From assembly GCA_028534125.1 (NCBI GenBank), contig CM052816.1, forward strand, positions 70,310,001 through 70,374,000: DNA of 64,000 nt, given 5' to 3'. A model generated the notes under the pieces. It had not been told where the DNA came from and did not search any database. It saw only the letters and a program-made list of their open reading frames with translations. A program made the translations under genes and the position numbers. Positions 12,275 to 25,813 of this stretch are shown here, in pieces. Origin of the DNA: Lama glama. Its lineage: Eukaryota. How positions within the stretch are numbered: position 1 is the stretch's first letter; every line of letters starts with the position of its first letter.

Positions 12275-12520
12275 TAAGGATAATGAGAGTTATCACTACG
12301 TGTCAGCAGTCTTCTAGCTACTTTGTATATATTAATGCATTGAATACTTGCAGCAGTCCTGCAGTCTTAACAATAGTGGTAAGAGCTATTATTACCCTTA
12401 TTTTGTGGATGAGTAAACTAGCATAGAGTGAAGTGATTTGCCAAAAGATTTAAGTAAAGGGTAGGATCAAGATTTGATACCAGACAGCCTGCCTCCAAAA
12501 TAACCTCTTTCATCCAATAT
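12275..12520 (-). mobile_element. MIR SINE
   Basis: 'attattacccttattttgtggatgagtaaactagcatagagtgaagtgatttgcc...gatttgataccagacagcctgcctcc'. Confidence 0.7.
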
Positions 12521-14862
12521 ACTTCATTCTGGTATGTTCATAAAATGGAATTCTATTCAGCTTTTAAATGTTAGCAAAGGGTCTTGAAGAACATACTTTG
12601 AAGCGTTTAGAGAAGTTCTTTTGGCATGTGAAATTATGAATATTCTTTCACTCTTTCCTCATTTTGATTTTCAAATAATTGATATGTATAGGATATTTTT
12701 AAATTTAGAAATAAAAAGTTATTTAAAGAGGAAAAGGAGCCAAGAGAAGATTTTGTACTAAAACAACAATAGCAGCAGCTCAAGCTGGGCTACCTTCTCT
12801 GGGCTCCCCTGTGACAGGCCACCTCTGAGCATGCACAAGGCAAGTGCAAAAGGATCATCCTGTGCAAAGCTTCAGTCCTGGTCTCAAACAGCCCAAATGC
12901 TCATATTCTTTTCCTGATGCAAACCATATGTTTTGTCACACCGTGAGCAATAGCATATGGGTGACCCAGGTAAAGCTAAGAGAACAAACTGAAGCACTAA
13001 TACTCCCTTACAGAGGAAAGAGGTAGAATTAAAACTGCGAGGATTCACCAGAAGTCCTCATTTATTGTGATAGACACTAAAGCAGTGACCCTGTAAGTCA
13101 TTGTATCTGAGGTTCCAGCCACACACACACCAAGGATACAACCTTGAAGCTTTGCTTGTTTCTGGAATATTGCAGTATTTAGCTCTGGAAGTGATCACCA
13201 ATATTAATGTCCTTTGTGGCATCCCTGGCATATGGGCACGTGGGAGTAATAGACAAGCTCAAGGAGACATGGTTAAGAGATCCAGGCTTGTGTATATGCT
13301 CAGTCCCTTCAAGCCCAGAGCCCACTGAGTATGGTTTATCAAGGACCACTGCCAGAGAGTAACATTAGAAAGTGACACCATGGATCCCAACAGGTAGTAG
13401 CTTCCAAGTCTCCAGAGGTCGTGTTTGCCTTCAAAAGCAGCATATCCAGAATGAGCAGAGCACCAGTGAAATGGAAGAGCTGGCCCCACTGCAAGAGAAG
13501 CGTTCAGGTCTGAAAAAGTTGTCTATGAATGGAGCACAGATGTAAATGACCAGGACTGCACAAGGAGCGCACAGGGTGGGGCCACTGTTGTACCTTGGGT
13601 TATATTTCAAGGTTCATGTTGTTCTACAAAATTTAGGTGTTGCGAAAAATAAAGTTCAGAGGAGCTGAGGGAGTTTGCTTTTAAAACTGTGGGCATGTGC
13701 TGAATTGGGTCATAAACCAGTGAGATGCCCAAAGGTAGGCAAAGGCTATTTCTTATGACCCATTCTCCTCACCACCTCCCCCTCAAATAAAAAACAATAA
13801 AAAGGGGGACATTTGGTGCGTCCTGAAGAAATTAGAGCAGAGTTGGTCCATGCTAACTGCTTCATCCTGTTCCTAACCACCCATGAGATCAGGCCCCATC
13901 TTGTGGAGATGTGCTAGACAGTCCAAAGTAAGGGTATGATACTGTTACCCTCTCTTTTGCCAGTGAAGAATGCCAGTCTTTGATTGAACTTCAAACCGCA
14001 GACAGCCAAGCATGACCCTTCCTTGAATTTCTGTGTTTGTTATATGCCCAGGCTCCTACTTGGAAGTTCACAGCAATGGTCCCTGCATCAGCGCAGACTG
14101 TTGATTCCCGAGGTAGTTGGTACTCACTGGAGAACCACTCACTGGGTTTGACAGAGAGCTTTGGTTTTGTTTCCCCTGGTGTCACCTCCATGAGCAGGGT
14201 TCTTCCGTGCATAGGTAGAAATATCCTGAAAAGTTTCACTTGGTTCACTGCAATACTAAATACATGGGAATTTGGGCAAAGCTGTGAAACATTCTGATAC
14301 ACGGGCTGTTTTTGGTATTTTTGGAAGGTTCAAAATGGTCAACCAAACCTTTAGAAAATCATTACTGTCCTGGAGTCTGTTAAATAAGTGGTGAAAATCC
14401 CTGAGCTCACCAATTTGGAGGCTCATGACTCTTCCTGAAATCTTTGGGTGTTAGACATACTCAGGCTCGTTTTCCAGGAACACGTGACCTAGATTGTGTC
14501 CAATGAGCCCATCAGTCTCGGCAGGAAATGGACACCCCAGATCATTTTCAGCAAGGAAGGTGAATTTAAAGGGCTAACAGAAAGCAATCAGTGCACCACT
14601 TAGTTACTGAAAAACAGGCAATTAAAGCGACCTTTAAATAAGATCACCTCAAAGCTAGTGTGCATATCTTAATACTTCAGGGGAGTTATGCTTTCAATAA
14701 GCACCAGTCAGCCTTGTCAATCTGGCACTGGCAGTGTTTCATCTTGCCTTCTATTCCTTGTAGCTATACTCCTGAGATACTTACCAATAAAGTGTGAAAG
14801 GCTGTAGACAGAGTCCAGCATTTTTAACATAGAGGGACCACTGTAATATATATATCATGCTT

Positions 14863-15444
14863 ATATCCAGAAGGAACCCTACTTCAAAAAGACACCTGCA
14901 CCCCAGTGTTCTTAGCAGCACTATTTACAATAGCCAAGACATGGAAACAGCCTAAATGTCCATCAACAGATAACTGGATAAAGAAGATGTGGTATATTTA
15001 TACAATGGAATACTATTCAGCTGTAAAAACTGACAATATAATGCCATTTGCAGCAACATGGATGCTCCTGGAGGATGTCATTCTAAGTGAAGTAAGCCAG
15101 AAAGAGAAATAAAAATACCATATGAGATAGCTCATATGTGGAATCTTAAAAAAAAAAAGAACATAAATGCAAAACAGAAACAGACTCATAGACATAGAAT
15201 AGAAACTTGTGGTTGCCAAGGGGGCAGAGGGTGGGAAGGGACAGACTGGGATTTTCAAAATGCAGAATAGATAAGCAAGATTATACTGTACAGCACAGGG
15301 AAATATATACAAGATCAAGCTCACAGTGAAAAAAAATGTGACAATGAATATATGTATGTTCATGTATAACTGAAAAATTGTGCTCTACACTGGAATTTGA
15401 CACAACATTGTAAAATGACTATAACTCAATAAAAAATGTTAAAA
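14863..15444 (+). mobile_element. 5'-truncated young (lineage-specific) LINE-1
   Basis: ORF2 C-terminus MFLAALFTIAKTWKQPKCPSTDNWIKKMWYIYTMEYYSA... (ORF 14906-15112), a cetartiodactyl-type 3' UTR and A tail, and a degenerate TSD ...tatatcatgctt (to 14862) / ...tgtgtcatgctt (to 15460). Confidence 0.92.
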
Positions 15445-15890
15445 AATATGTGTCATGCTTGATAAAATTGTGATGGTCGGTGCTTTGGCTGTGGCAGTAC
15501 TTTTCCTATAAGAGAGATTATAACTAAAGGAGGAATACAATTAGCAGCACTTCCTTTGCAGGATGTAGGGCTCATGAGTACCTTCCATTGTTCACTTAAA
15601 TGCTATTTTTAAATCAGAGGAAAACAGAATGGTTGACAATGAATCTCATTAGATAAATTGCATTATGCAAAGAGAATTAGGTAGAATGAATAGTCATGAT
15701 CCCAAGATCAGGGAAGTTGAGGTGTACACATCAAATTCTTAAAAATTCTGGCAATGGGAACTTAATTAAGAATTATGATATAATTCAGTATCTTTTGAAT
15801 TTCAGAGGTAGAAATGAAGTATTTTCTGTAAAAAGTATTGTTGCAATTTGATACTGGAAATATTTCCTTTTAGACAGTGTATCATAATAG

Positions 15891-16436
15891 TAAGTGTCCG
15901 TAGACAGATGAATGAACAAAGAAATTGTGGGATATGCATATAAGAGAGTATTGTTTGGCCAAAAGAAAGAATGAAATCTTGCCCTTTGTGACAACATGAT
16001 GGGTCTTGAAGTCATTATGCTAGGTGAAATAAGTCAGACAGAGAAAGATAAATTATTCTATGATCTCATTTACACGTGGAATCTAAAAAAGCCAAACTCA
16101 TAGAAATAGATTATTGCAGGGGCTGTGGTGGGGTTGGGAGTAAATGAGATGCTGATCAAAGGGTACAAACTTTCAATTATAAGATGAATAAGTTCTGGGG
16201 ATGTATTACAACACGGTAACTACAGTCAGCAATACTGTATTATATATTTGAAAGTTACTAAGAGAATAGATCTTAAATATCCTCACCACAAAACAGAAAG
16301 GTAATTATGTGAGGTGTTAGAGGTGTTAACTAGCATTATTGTGGTAATTATTTCATGATGTGTAATGTGTACCAAATTTTCACATTATATATCTAAACAA
16401 ACACAATGTTATATGTCAATTATATCTCAGTAAAGT
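15891..16436 (+). mobile_element. L1MA9-like LINE-1 3' end
   Basis: 'gtgtccgtagacagatgaatg...gaatgaaatcttgccctttgtgacaacatg...ttatatgtcaattatatctcagtaaag'. Confidence 0.85.
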
Positions 16437-16943
16437 CAGAGAAACTAATAAATAGTTTAGGTTATCTTTAACAAAAATGTAATTATAAAAAGGGAGAGAA
16501 ATTTATCCAAAAGAGGCAAAACTTGATAAACCATATATAGTATATTTTGCATTGGGAAATATGTGTTAAAAATAGGAAATTATGATGCATGTGCTTTTGG
16601 ATTAATTGACCAAAATAGTTTTTAAATGCTCAAAAGTTAGCAAGATAGAAAGTTACACAAAGAATGCAAACATTTTATAGATATTATACTGTTTAGGAAC
16701 TGTTGTAAATGCAGTAAGTATTTTTTAAACTGTGAATTTGACACCTATGTGTTTGTAACCAACATGATCTGATCCACAAACTCAGGTACCAATAGATGGA
16801 CAAATCATTATTTGCCCTTTAAACAGTGCAGTCTCTCCTGGTTGGAAATGCCAGGTGAATAGCTAAGTTTAGGCCCACCATTGGCACATTCCTCCATGTG
16901 CTATCACTATTACAGACGGTTTCTTCAGTGATTGCCAGAGGCC

Positions 16944-17029
16944 TGTCCTCTTGCAGTGATGTCTTAAGCATGAAACACCCTAGGAACCAGAGTATTCCAG
17001 AGTAGCAGGAACATCACTGCAAGAGGACA
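16944..17029. repeat. Perfect 19-bp inverted repeat with a 48-nt spacer
   Basis: tgtcctcttgcagtgatgt (16944-16962) is the exact reverse complement of acatcactgcaagaggaca (17011-17029). Confidence 0.95.
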
Positions 17030-17629
17030 AGTTTCTCCCTACTGTCCAAGAGAATTATTAACAGCCCCCTCTTTCCCATTTAAAAGAGTCATGGCTTAAA
17101 AAAGAAATTACACAGCCACCTTAGCTTTAAGATTCATGTACTACCATTTCACACTGCTCCCCCTCAAATAATACTTATTTAACCAGAGTGGTTATTTCAA
17201 GAAACCTGTCAGCATCAACTGGGTTGAAATTAATCCTTATCTATGAATCCTTAGACACACTTGAGCCTGAATCACAAGTCTGGACTCCTCTCTTCCTAAG
17301 AATATTATTTCAGAGATCTCCTTCCTCCTCTTAACCCACTATACCTTGTGGTCTTGATTCACTCCAGTGGGTCTCCCTACCTTCAAAACCAGGTTTGGAG
17401 CCTCCACCCTAAAAGCTTCTGGACTCATGTGGAAATGATCTACCACAGTCCCCAAGATCTCACACCAGCTCTCACATGATGTACCAAGTTTGATGGAGTT
17501 CAAGGAGATTCTGTAATAGCTAATCCTGGGGCAGCGGGCATCTTCTTGTTCCCGTACAAGAGCAGTAACCAAGAGGGCCATCCACTCATGTGACCCTTCA
17601 CAGGATAATAAAAGATCATTTTTTCTCAT

Positions 17630-18530
17630 TTAAAACAATACATTATTCAACAATAAAAAGACAAATAACCCAATTAAAATATTGCCAAAGGGTTTGAATA
17701 AACATTTCTCCAAAGATGTACAAATGGCCATTAGGCATATGAAAAAGTTCCCAACATCATTAGTCATTAGGGAAATGCAAACCAAAACCACAATGAGATA
17801 CTATTCATACCCATTAGGATGGCCATAATAATAAATAAAAAATCAGCAACAATGACAGGTGTTGGTAATGATGTAAAGAAATTGGAACCCTCATATATTG
17901 CTGGTGGGATTGAAATTGGTGCAGCCACTTTGGAAAATAGGTTGGCAGTTTCTCAAAAATTTAAATTTAGAGTTACCATACAATCTAGCAAATTCATACC
18001 TACGGATATACCCAAGAGAGGTGAAAAATAATGTACACACAAAAACACTTATACAAATGTTCATAGCAAATTAATAATCACCAAAATGTGGAAATAGCCC
18101 AAATATCTATCAACTGATGGGTGCATAAATAAAATGTGGTGTCTCTATACAATAGAATATTATTCAGCCATAAATAAGATTGAAGTATTGATTAATGCTA
18201 CAACAGGGATGAACCCCAAAGACATTGTGCTCATTGAAAGAAGCCAGACATGAAAGGACAAATATTGTGTGAATTCATTTATAAGAAATATCCAGAATAG
18301 GTATATCTATATAGAGAGAGAGTAGATTAGTTGTTTCCAAGGACTGGAAGGAGAGGATGTGGGGAGTGACTGCTAATAGGCATGACTTTTTGGGGGGAGT
18401 GATGAAATGTTCTGAAATTGGATAGTGGTGATGGGTGCACGACTTTGTAAATATACAAAAAAACCACTGACTTGCACACTTTAAATGGGTGAATTTTATG
18501 ATATGTGAATTATATCTCAATTTTAAAAAT
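17630..18530 (+). mobile_element. L1MB-type LINE-1 (ORF2 3' part and 3' UTR)
   Basis: 'caacatcattagtcattagggaaatgcaaaccaaaaccacaatgagatac', 'ggaaccctcatatattgctggtggga', and the end 'atgtgaattatatctcaattttaaaaa'. Confidence 0.9.
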
Positions 18531-19005
18531 ATATTATGCTGCTTCAAGTCATTAGATAATTTGGTTTTAGTTCAAAAACTGATGAGTTATTATTAGTGAA
18601 TTTTTGGAGATGATGTTACACCTAGAACTAGAAGATGAGAGAAATGCTCTGCAGAAGATAGACTTTAGTTTGTTAAGTATTTCCTCACCGTCACACTTGC
18701 ACACACACCCCATACACACACTGTACAGATTTTATATTATACTTCCATCACATGTAATGTAATTTTGTCTTTTCAGGTTAGTCTATCCAAGTAATCCCAC
18801 TTTAACGTGACTTTTTCCTTTTAAAAAAAAGCTTGTAAAATAGGCAAATCATTAAGTTTAATTACTGTCATTTATTTTTCATAATGTTTCCATCAAATAG
18901 TGAGATTATTGTGATTTAAAATATGATATTCACACAAATTTATTTGGATATACTTTAAGAACTATGTGATGAAAAGGTCACCACTACATTGTAATCAGTC
19001 TTCTG

Positions 19006-19340
19006 AAAGGAGTTGCAAACTGCCAGCTTCTGAGCAATAATATCTGGCCTGCAAAGGTGTTTGGTTTGGATTTGCAGAACATTTTGTAAACCAAAAATCT
19101 TTATAAAAACTTTGAATTTCTGGCTTCTCAAAAAAATTTAAAAGACCTGGCAATACCAGCATCATTTTTCTCCAAGAAAAGGGTAGACTGGAGCTAAGAA
19201 GTGACTACTCCCTTTGGATAGGGCATTCAATCTCTAGTTTTGCTACAGTCCCTGCCATTCCCTATTGCATCTCACATTCAACTCCATGTCATACATTTAC
19301 AGCAACTCTGATTCTGTATGCATTTGGGTTTATGACTTTT
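19006..19340 (+). mobile_element. MER102-like hAT-Charlie MITE
   Basis: 'gagttgcaaactg...tctggcctgcaaaggtgtttggtttgg...tttctggcttctc...gacctggcaatacc...tttgctacagtccctgccattccctattg'. Confidence 0.65.
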
Positions 19341-19364
19341 TTAAAAATGTAAGCTTATCAAAAT

Positions 19365-19500
19365 TTTTGTTTCTTTCCTTTTCTTTTTCTCTCTTCCATT
19401 TTTCTTTTCTTTCTTCCCTCCTTCCTTCATCTCTCCCTCTCTCCCTTCCTCCTCCCTTTCTTCCTTCTTCCCTTCCTTCCTCCCTACTTACCTCTTTCTT
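19365..19500. repeat. Polypyrimidine (CT/CCTT-rich) low-complexity tract
   Basis: Directly visible, ~135 bp of almost pure C/T. It accounts for ORF 19265-19600. Confidence 0.9.
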
Positions 19501-19944
19501 ATACGTGCAAATTTGTGTTTGTCACTTAATTAGCTCTAATTTAGAGATTGGATTTGGGTTCATTATTTCCTTTATTTTTGGTCAGCATAACCCAACTTGA
19601 GTAAGGCCATACATACAGAAACTCCCCAGTATAGCTTTCCATACAGATCAGAGAGATTCATCCCTCACTGTATTGTATTAATATACTTACAGCTTTTATA
19701 ATGGTAGGGATAAAGGCATCTCGATTTTTTCTCACACTTTAAGTAAATCAATCACAGTAATGACTTTCTCTGTTATGTTACATAAAGAGACACAAAAGCA
19801 GAGACACTGGGAGTGGCCAGTGAATTTAAGAATATTGGACAATTTTCTTAAGGAAAGATGGACTGTCCTTTACTTATAAGGTACATTTTTCACATTGTCT
19901 GGTTTAGTAAGACAAAGGATGCTTAATTAAATGTGAATGTAACA

Positions 19945-20349
19945 TGGTCACATATTTGGTCTTTCTGGAAGGAGACTCTGAGGCTAAGTTTGGTGTGTGG
20001 CATATTTACTGAGGAGGACTTTGTTATCAACACCTGTGGAAAGGAGAAGTCAAGTTGTGATGCAGTCCAAAGGTAGTCGTGGCTGACCCCACAGGAGCTC
20101 TGGAGCTAGAATGGTCCTTCAGAGTTGTTCCCATTAAGCTAGGATGGCCAATCCTTCATACTCTTACATCAATAAGTTATTAGATGTCAGTTATCCTGGG
20201 AAATGGTGACTTTCAGTGGGGACACTTTCTGCAGCTGGGACAGCCCCTGAAGAGACTGACAGCAATAAGCATCTGCAGAGCCCTCAGCAGCTTGGGCAGT
20301 AGGTCCTTCACTGAAGGGGCATCTGGGTGGTACATTATGGTCACCACCA
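19945..20349 (-). mobile_element. LTR16-type ERVL solo LTR
   Basis: 'tctggaaggagactctgagg...atcaacacctgtggaaagg...gctgaccccacaggagctctggagctagaatggtccttcagagttg' is reverse LTR16. Confidence 0.75.
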
Positions 20350-22596
20350 CGAATCACACATAGAATGTAGCTATTAATTTAAGCAATCAATGAAGCAATT
20401 AAGTGATTTATGCACATAGTAGGTGTTTAAGAGAATGGACCTTATTCTATTTTCAATCATTTGATGATTGAATTTTAAGTCTGTTTCTCTCTGTCTCTCT
20501 GTCTTTCTCTTTTTCATTTTTAAGCTGAGAGTGGAATGTGCAAATCAGTGTAGGTTGAAATGCCAACAACATACAGGTCAACTCTTTTGAAATCATAATT
20601 AGCCAGTCCAGGAATCCTCTCACCTAAATACCAATACCTTTAATAAGACTGAAAAGAAAAGCAAAATGAAGTCAATTTATCAGGAAGCATAAGTTCTTCA
20701 GGATGTGTTTCAGCCATGATACATCTGCTTTACATCTTCATTAACTGAGTCCTTGTGAATTTGAGTGATGTTGTGACAGGCAGCAGCCCTTCTAGATCTG
20801 GTCTAGACTCACTGATGTAGGCTTGGTGAGCTGGCTGAGTGAAGACCATTTATTTCTGTGCTCTTTTTAAAATCTTTTTCTCTCTCTTCTCATTCTTTGC
20901 ATCCATCCCAACAACATGTTTTAATATCTTGTTGTGTTTGGAAAACTCAAAAACTCACAAATTGTGATTTATGTAATATCCAGAATATCTTTTTGAAAAA
21001 TCGTTAGGGAATGCCAAACTAAATAAATCTTTTTCCTTCCGTGCTTCATTTGAAATGATTTACACAGAATCTTTTTCAATAGTAATTATTATGTTTCAGA
21101 GACTGAGATATTTGTTTTGGTTTCAAAATATTTATATGCTTGGTGTCTTTGCAAATGTTAAGTCTTTTACATAGGTTTTTCCTTATTCATTAAACACTAA
21201 ATATGTATGCATAAATAAAGTCTTTTTATTACATTTTGAAATACTATTGTTTTCTAAAATTTTTTTTCAAACATACTCTGGACATTAGTGAGCTCAATAT
21301 GCATGTGGTCATTTAAAATATCTCCTAAAACAGATTTATAATCAAATTCAAGGCTGCCAAAACCACAGTGTGGACTTTGAATACAAATTTAAGCCAGATA
21401 ATCTGCTTTTTAATACCTTCTTTGCAGCAGATTTTGCTCTGAATCTTTTTTTTTCCTCTTTATTTCTTTAGGTGCAGACTTTATATGTCTTTGTTTTTAG
21501 CTCAAGTGCCTCTGATATTTAAGAAGAAATCATCTTCAACAGGAAAAACTATTATTTTCCTCCAATTTACATTTTGCACCAAGTAATTCCTTTGTATATT
21601 CATTACTTTTGTAATCCAGACTACTTATAAACTTTCTTTGGCCAGCGGTCTATTCTTAGTTAAAATATTTCAAAATTTAAAAATAAGAAATTGGTTTATA
21701 GTTTACATTCCTCTTTGTGCTTGAAACTTTCCTAAATGTTGACAAAGTAGACTTAAAGACAGTTTTGTCTACTATACATTTATTCATCTAACTGTAATAC
21801 ATATAGTTGTGATAGTTATAAGTGTATCAAGACAAAGAGAATGAGAAGGCAATGTTGATTAAATAAAGATCAAAAAATGTCAATGAAAGCTTGATGCCAC
21901 AGGACATTTGAAGATGATTTTTACTTAAGTATTTGATTTGCATTTGTTAGTGTGATGAATTGTAATGGGGACATGTACTTTAAATGGCATGAAAAGATTT
22001 CTGGGGACTAGTTTGAGAATGGAAAAACTGAATGACAAATAGAAATCACTCGCCTATTAAGTTTTTTTTTTTCATGTGCAAAAGGCAACATCTAAAAGTA
22101 TATAACTTTTATTACATCTATCATGGTACCAAATCTGTGTCATTCCCTTTTTTGCATGCAGGGAAATTCCAGATAAGTTGGAGGAAATGAACCTTCTACT
22201 CTCCATAATCAACATTCGTAGAGGGAAGAGGAAAGAAAAGATTTACTTAATCAGTGAGAACATTTATCATTTCCAGGAACACTGACATAAAAAGAGAGCA
22301 AACTCTTGTGTTGCTGATGACTCAGTGTTGACAGGAAACCCTACAACCCCTTTCTCTAACAGTGAATCATATGATAATGTCATGTTAGGTGGCAAATCAT
22401 TTAATTACTCTTAATAATCTACAGTTCCATCGGTCAGCCTATATGTTGCAGGTATGAGATACATAAAAACACATTTCATATTATTGCACATTTTGAGTCT
22501 GCCTTTTTCATAAGAACCTCAGTGCTTTTCTGTCTTCTGTGCAGTAGAGGTGAGTAAAAAAATTCACTGCTTTTATAGTACTCTGTCTCCAATCCC

Positions 22597-22953
22597 TGCC
22601 TTAGTCCATTCAGGCTGCTATAACAAGAATACCATAAACTAGGTAGCTTAAACAACAAATATTTATTCCTCATTGTCCTCGTGGAGGTTGGGAATTCTAA
22701 GATCAGGAAGCCAGCAGATTCCTGGTTTGGTGAGAGTCTGCTTCTTGGTTCATAGATAGCTGTCCTCTTGCTGTCCTCACAAGGGAGCTCTCTGGGGTCA
22801 CTTTTATGAGAGCACTAATTCCATTCATGAGCGCTCTAATCTCATGACCTAATCACCTCCCATAGGCTCTACCTCAAAATACCACATTGGAGATGAGGTT
22901 TCAACATGTGAATTTGGAGGTGGAGGGGATACACAAACATTTAGTCTGTAGCG
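22597..22953 (-). mobile_element. MLT1A-type MaLR solo LTR
   Basis: 'tgccttagtccattcaggctgctataacaagaataccataaactaggtagcttaaacaac...catgacctaatcacctccc...aaacatttagtctgtagc'. Confidence 0.85.
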
Positions 22954-23721
22954 GTCTCCTTTCTGTCCACTTTTTTTTTAATCACCAGAAAATATTTCAA
23001 AAAATAAATTAAGACTTATTTTTTGAAGTGTTCTCTCTAGATTCCCCTTCCCTTCCAGTTTGTGTTTGGAACTGTGTTAGATGCTATGAAAAATGTAATA
23101 GAATTAAAACATGTGTTTCCTATTGGGGCTGCCCATAGCCTATAAAGATTCTTTGTGCAAATTTGAAAAAGGTGCCCTTCCCCTGGCAGTCACAGCCCTG
23201 CACCAGGGCTCAAGGCTGGAGGGCAGAGCACCAGCCAGATTTCAGCCCCCATCTGGGTGCCTGTGTGGTACGACCTGACTAGCAGCACACAGGGCCTTGT
23301 TCCTACCTTCTTTTCAGGGATCTTCATGAAAGTTGGGGAGAATGATAAATAGGCCACAACTAGAACATTGCGGTGTATAACTAAATGCAGAATAATGGGT
23401 ATGAACTCGGAGTGGAAACCTGGAGAAAATAAGGATAAAAACACAGTGGAGAGGAAGAGTGGCTTTCTACTCTGAGTAAGAACTTGTGACTCCATGTCAA
23501 ACGTGGATGTCCACTTGGGTCTTGCTAAGCATGGTTCAAGGTAACCCTGGCTACCACTTGTTGAGAAGCAGAGGCCCTTTTCTAAGGCCATGAGCTCCTG
23601 AGGTTCATGTACTCTCCAAGGGAGAAAGAAGGGACTTTCCAAATGACTGATACTGGATTTTCCACCACATTTTGGCAGATGGAGGTTCAAGTTGGTTCTA
23701 ATTAAATCTGAGAAAATCAGG

Positions 23722-23912
23722 AAATGTGCCAGGCCTTATGCTAAGTATTAAACATACGTTTGAACATACACATGGTCCTCACAACACCCTTATGAAGAAA
23801 CTGCTTTTCATGTCATCTGCATTTTGCAGATGAGAAAACTGAAGCTTTAAAACAGCTCAGTAACTTGTCAAGCGTCCAGCTGGTAAATGGCAGAGCTTGA
23901 ATTCAAACTGGG
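23722..23912 (-). mobile_element. MIR SINE
   Basis: 'atgtgccaggccttatgctaag...ttttgcagatgagaaaactgaagc...gtaaatggcagagcttgaattcaaac'. Confidence 0.8.
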
Positions 23913-25252
23913 GCAACCCCCATAGGTATCACAACGTGGCCACATTGCCTGGCCCTACCAGGGCTGAATCCACAAGTCTTTTATACTTCACAGCAGGCCT
24001 ACAGGCTCAGCAAGCAGCTTTATGAACTAGCAGTTCTGGGACAAATCGAAGGACTTAGGTTAAAATATTAGTATTGTGAATAGAGGGAAAACGGCCATAT
24101 ATCCAAATCAATTAGGTATTTGTTATTCCTTGAGGTGGATAGAGACTAAACTGGGCTTGGTTATGGCATACAATACAAGATAAGCCTGTGTAAAGGTAAA
24201 ACCCTTAAAGGCTTCCTGGATCCTATTTGTTAGTTGGTGATCTTTTGAGTTAACATTTATTTTATGCCCTTCTCACATACCTTTTCCATTCACACCTCTG
24301 TTACTAAGCAGGAAGAAGGCACGTGTAGGGGTATGGGCAAGAATTAGGTATTAAGTCTGAAGCCTGAGAAACCTGTACAAGAGCCAATGGGAGGTGATGC
24401 TCAGCTGGTTGAAGGGTCTTGCTGGCTGGCATGGAGAGCCTGAGGGGGGCCCTAAGCCATGAACTCATGCAGTTCTCATGCTGTCCCAGGCAGGAGGAGG
24501 GGGCCTCTCAAATGACTCATCCTGGACTTGACATCAATTTATGTCAGATTCACGTTCAAGTAAGTTTTAATTAAACCTGAGAGAAGAAGGAAAATAAAGG
24601 AAGGTGAAATTACCTCCATCCTGAATGTCACAGGAAGGAAGACTGTAGAATTTATAATCCAAGCTGAGGTCCTTTTGTAGGTCGAAGGGGATTCTATTAC
24701 TATAGGCATGGACTGTGTCAGTCCCAGGCAGTGTTGGAAGTGCAGCTCACATCTGCCATATCTGGAGTTGTTGTTCTTTGTGCGATATTTTAGAGCTTGG
24801 CAGGGTATCTGTCTCCATATATAGAATATAATAAGCATCAGCCACTGTAGGCTCAGTTGAACAGCCACCTCATTCTTCCTAGGCTAGCCTTTTAAAAAAC
24901 ATATTTCCATTCAAAGTCTATTAAGAATCCTCTACCTTAGCAATATGTATTTTAGTCTTTTATGAGTTGGGTTATCCCCAGATTTGGGTCAGAAAGTTAA
25001 AAGTGAGAGGAAGAACTAATCAGGAAAGTCAAGTATAATGGCAGCTCACCCAAGTGAACACCTTAAAAGCATACTCCTCAGGTGGGTCTTCAAAGCCCTC
25101 AATAATGTATCCAGTTAATATTCCTCCTGCTTCTCTGTTCTTGCCACTTCTCTGCCCTCGTCCCTACCACACTTACCTTAATCTGCCTATTAGTCTTCAA
25201 AATGTCCTACTCACTTCTGCCTTGAGCTTTTCATCAAACTCAGAGCTGTTAG

Positions 25253-25813
25253 ATTTACAATAGCCAAGACATGGAAACAACCTAAATGTCCATCAACAGA
25301 TGACTGGATAAAGAAGCTGTGTTATATTTATACAATAGAATACTACTCAGCCATAAAAATAATAAAATAATGCCATTTGCAGCAACATGGATGGACCTGG
25401 AGATTATCATTCTAAGTGAAGTAAGCCAGAAAGAGAAAGAAAAATGCTATATAATATCACTTATATCTGGAATCTAGACAAAGACAAATGAACTTATTTA
25501 CAAAACAGAAACATACTCACATACATAGAAAACAAATTTACGGTTACTGTGAGGAAGAGGGTGGGAAGGGATAAAATTTGGAGTTTGAGATTTTAGAAAC
25601 TAACTAGTATATATAAAATAGATAAACAAATTTCCACTGTATAGCACAGGGAACTATTTTCAATATTTTATACTAGCCTATAATGAAAAAGAATATGAGA
25701 ATGAATATATGTATGTATACATATGACTGAACTTATGCTGTACACCAGAAATTGACACAACATTGTAAACTGACTACACTTCAATAAAAAACAAACAAAT
25801 GAACCAAAAATAC
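25253..25813 (+). mobile_element. 5'-truncated young LINE-1 with TSD
   Basis: Same family as 14863-15444 ('tttacaatagccaagacatggaaacaacctaaatgtccatcaacagatgactgg'). TSD ctcagagctgtt at 25239-25250 and 25814-25825. Confidence 0.92.

Noticed and set aside
13991..14302. 103-aa and 86-aa overlapping ORFs
   Set aside because: No recognisable homology, and the lengths are within chance expectation.
16950..16962. The hairpin arm shares cttgcagtgatgt with the 3' part of miR-499-5p
   Set aside because: The seed-containing 5' end (ttaaga) is absent, the loop is too long, and true mir-499 lies in a MYH7B intron, of which there is no sign here. Treated as coincidence.
23190..23690. 166-aa minus-strand ORF, the longest in the window
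   Set aside because: Non-ATG start, no recognisable domain and no supporting exon structure.
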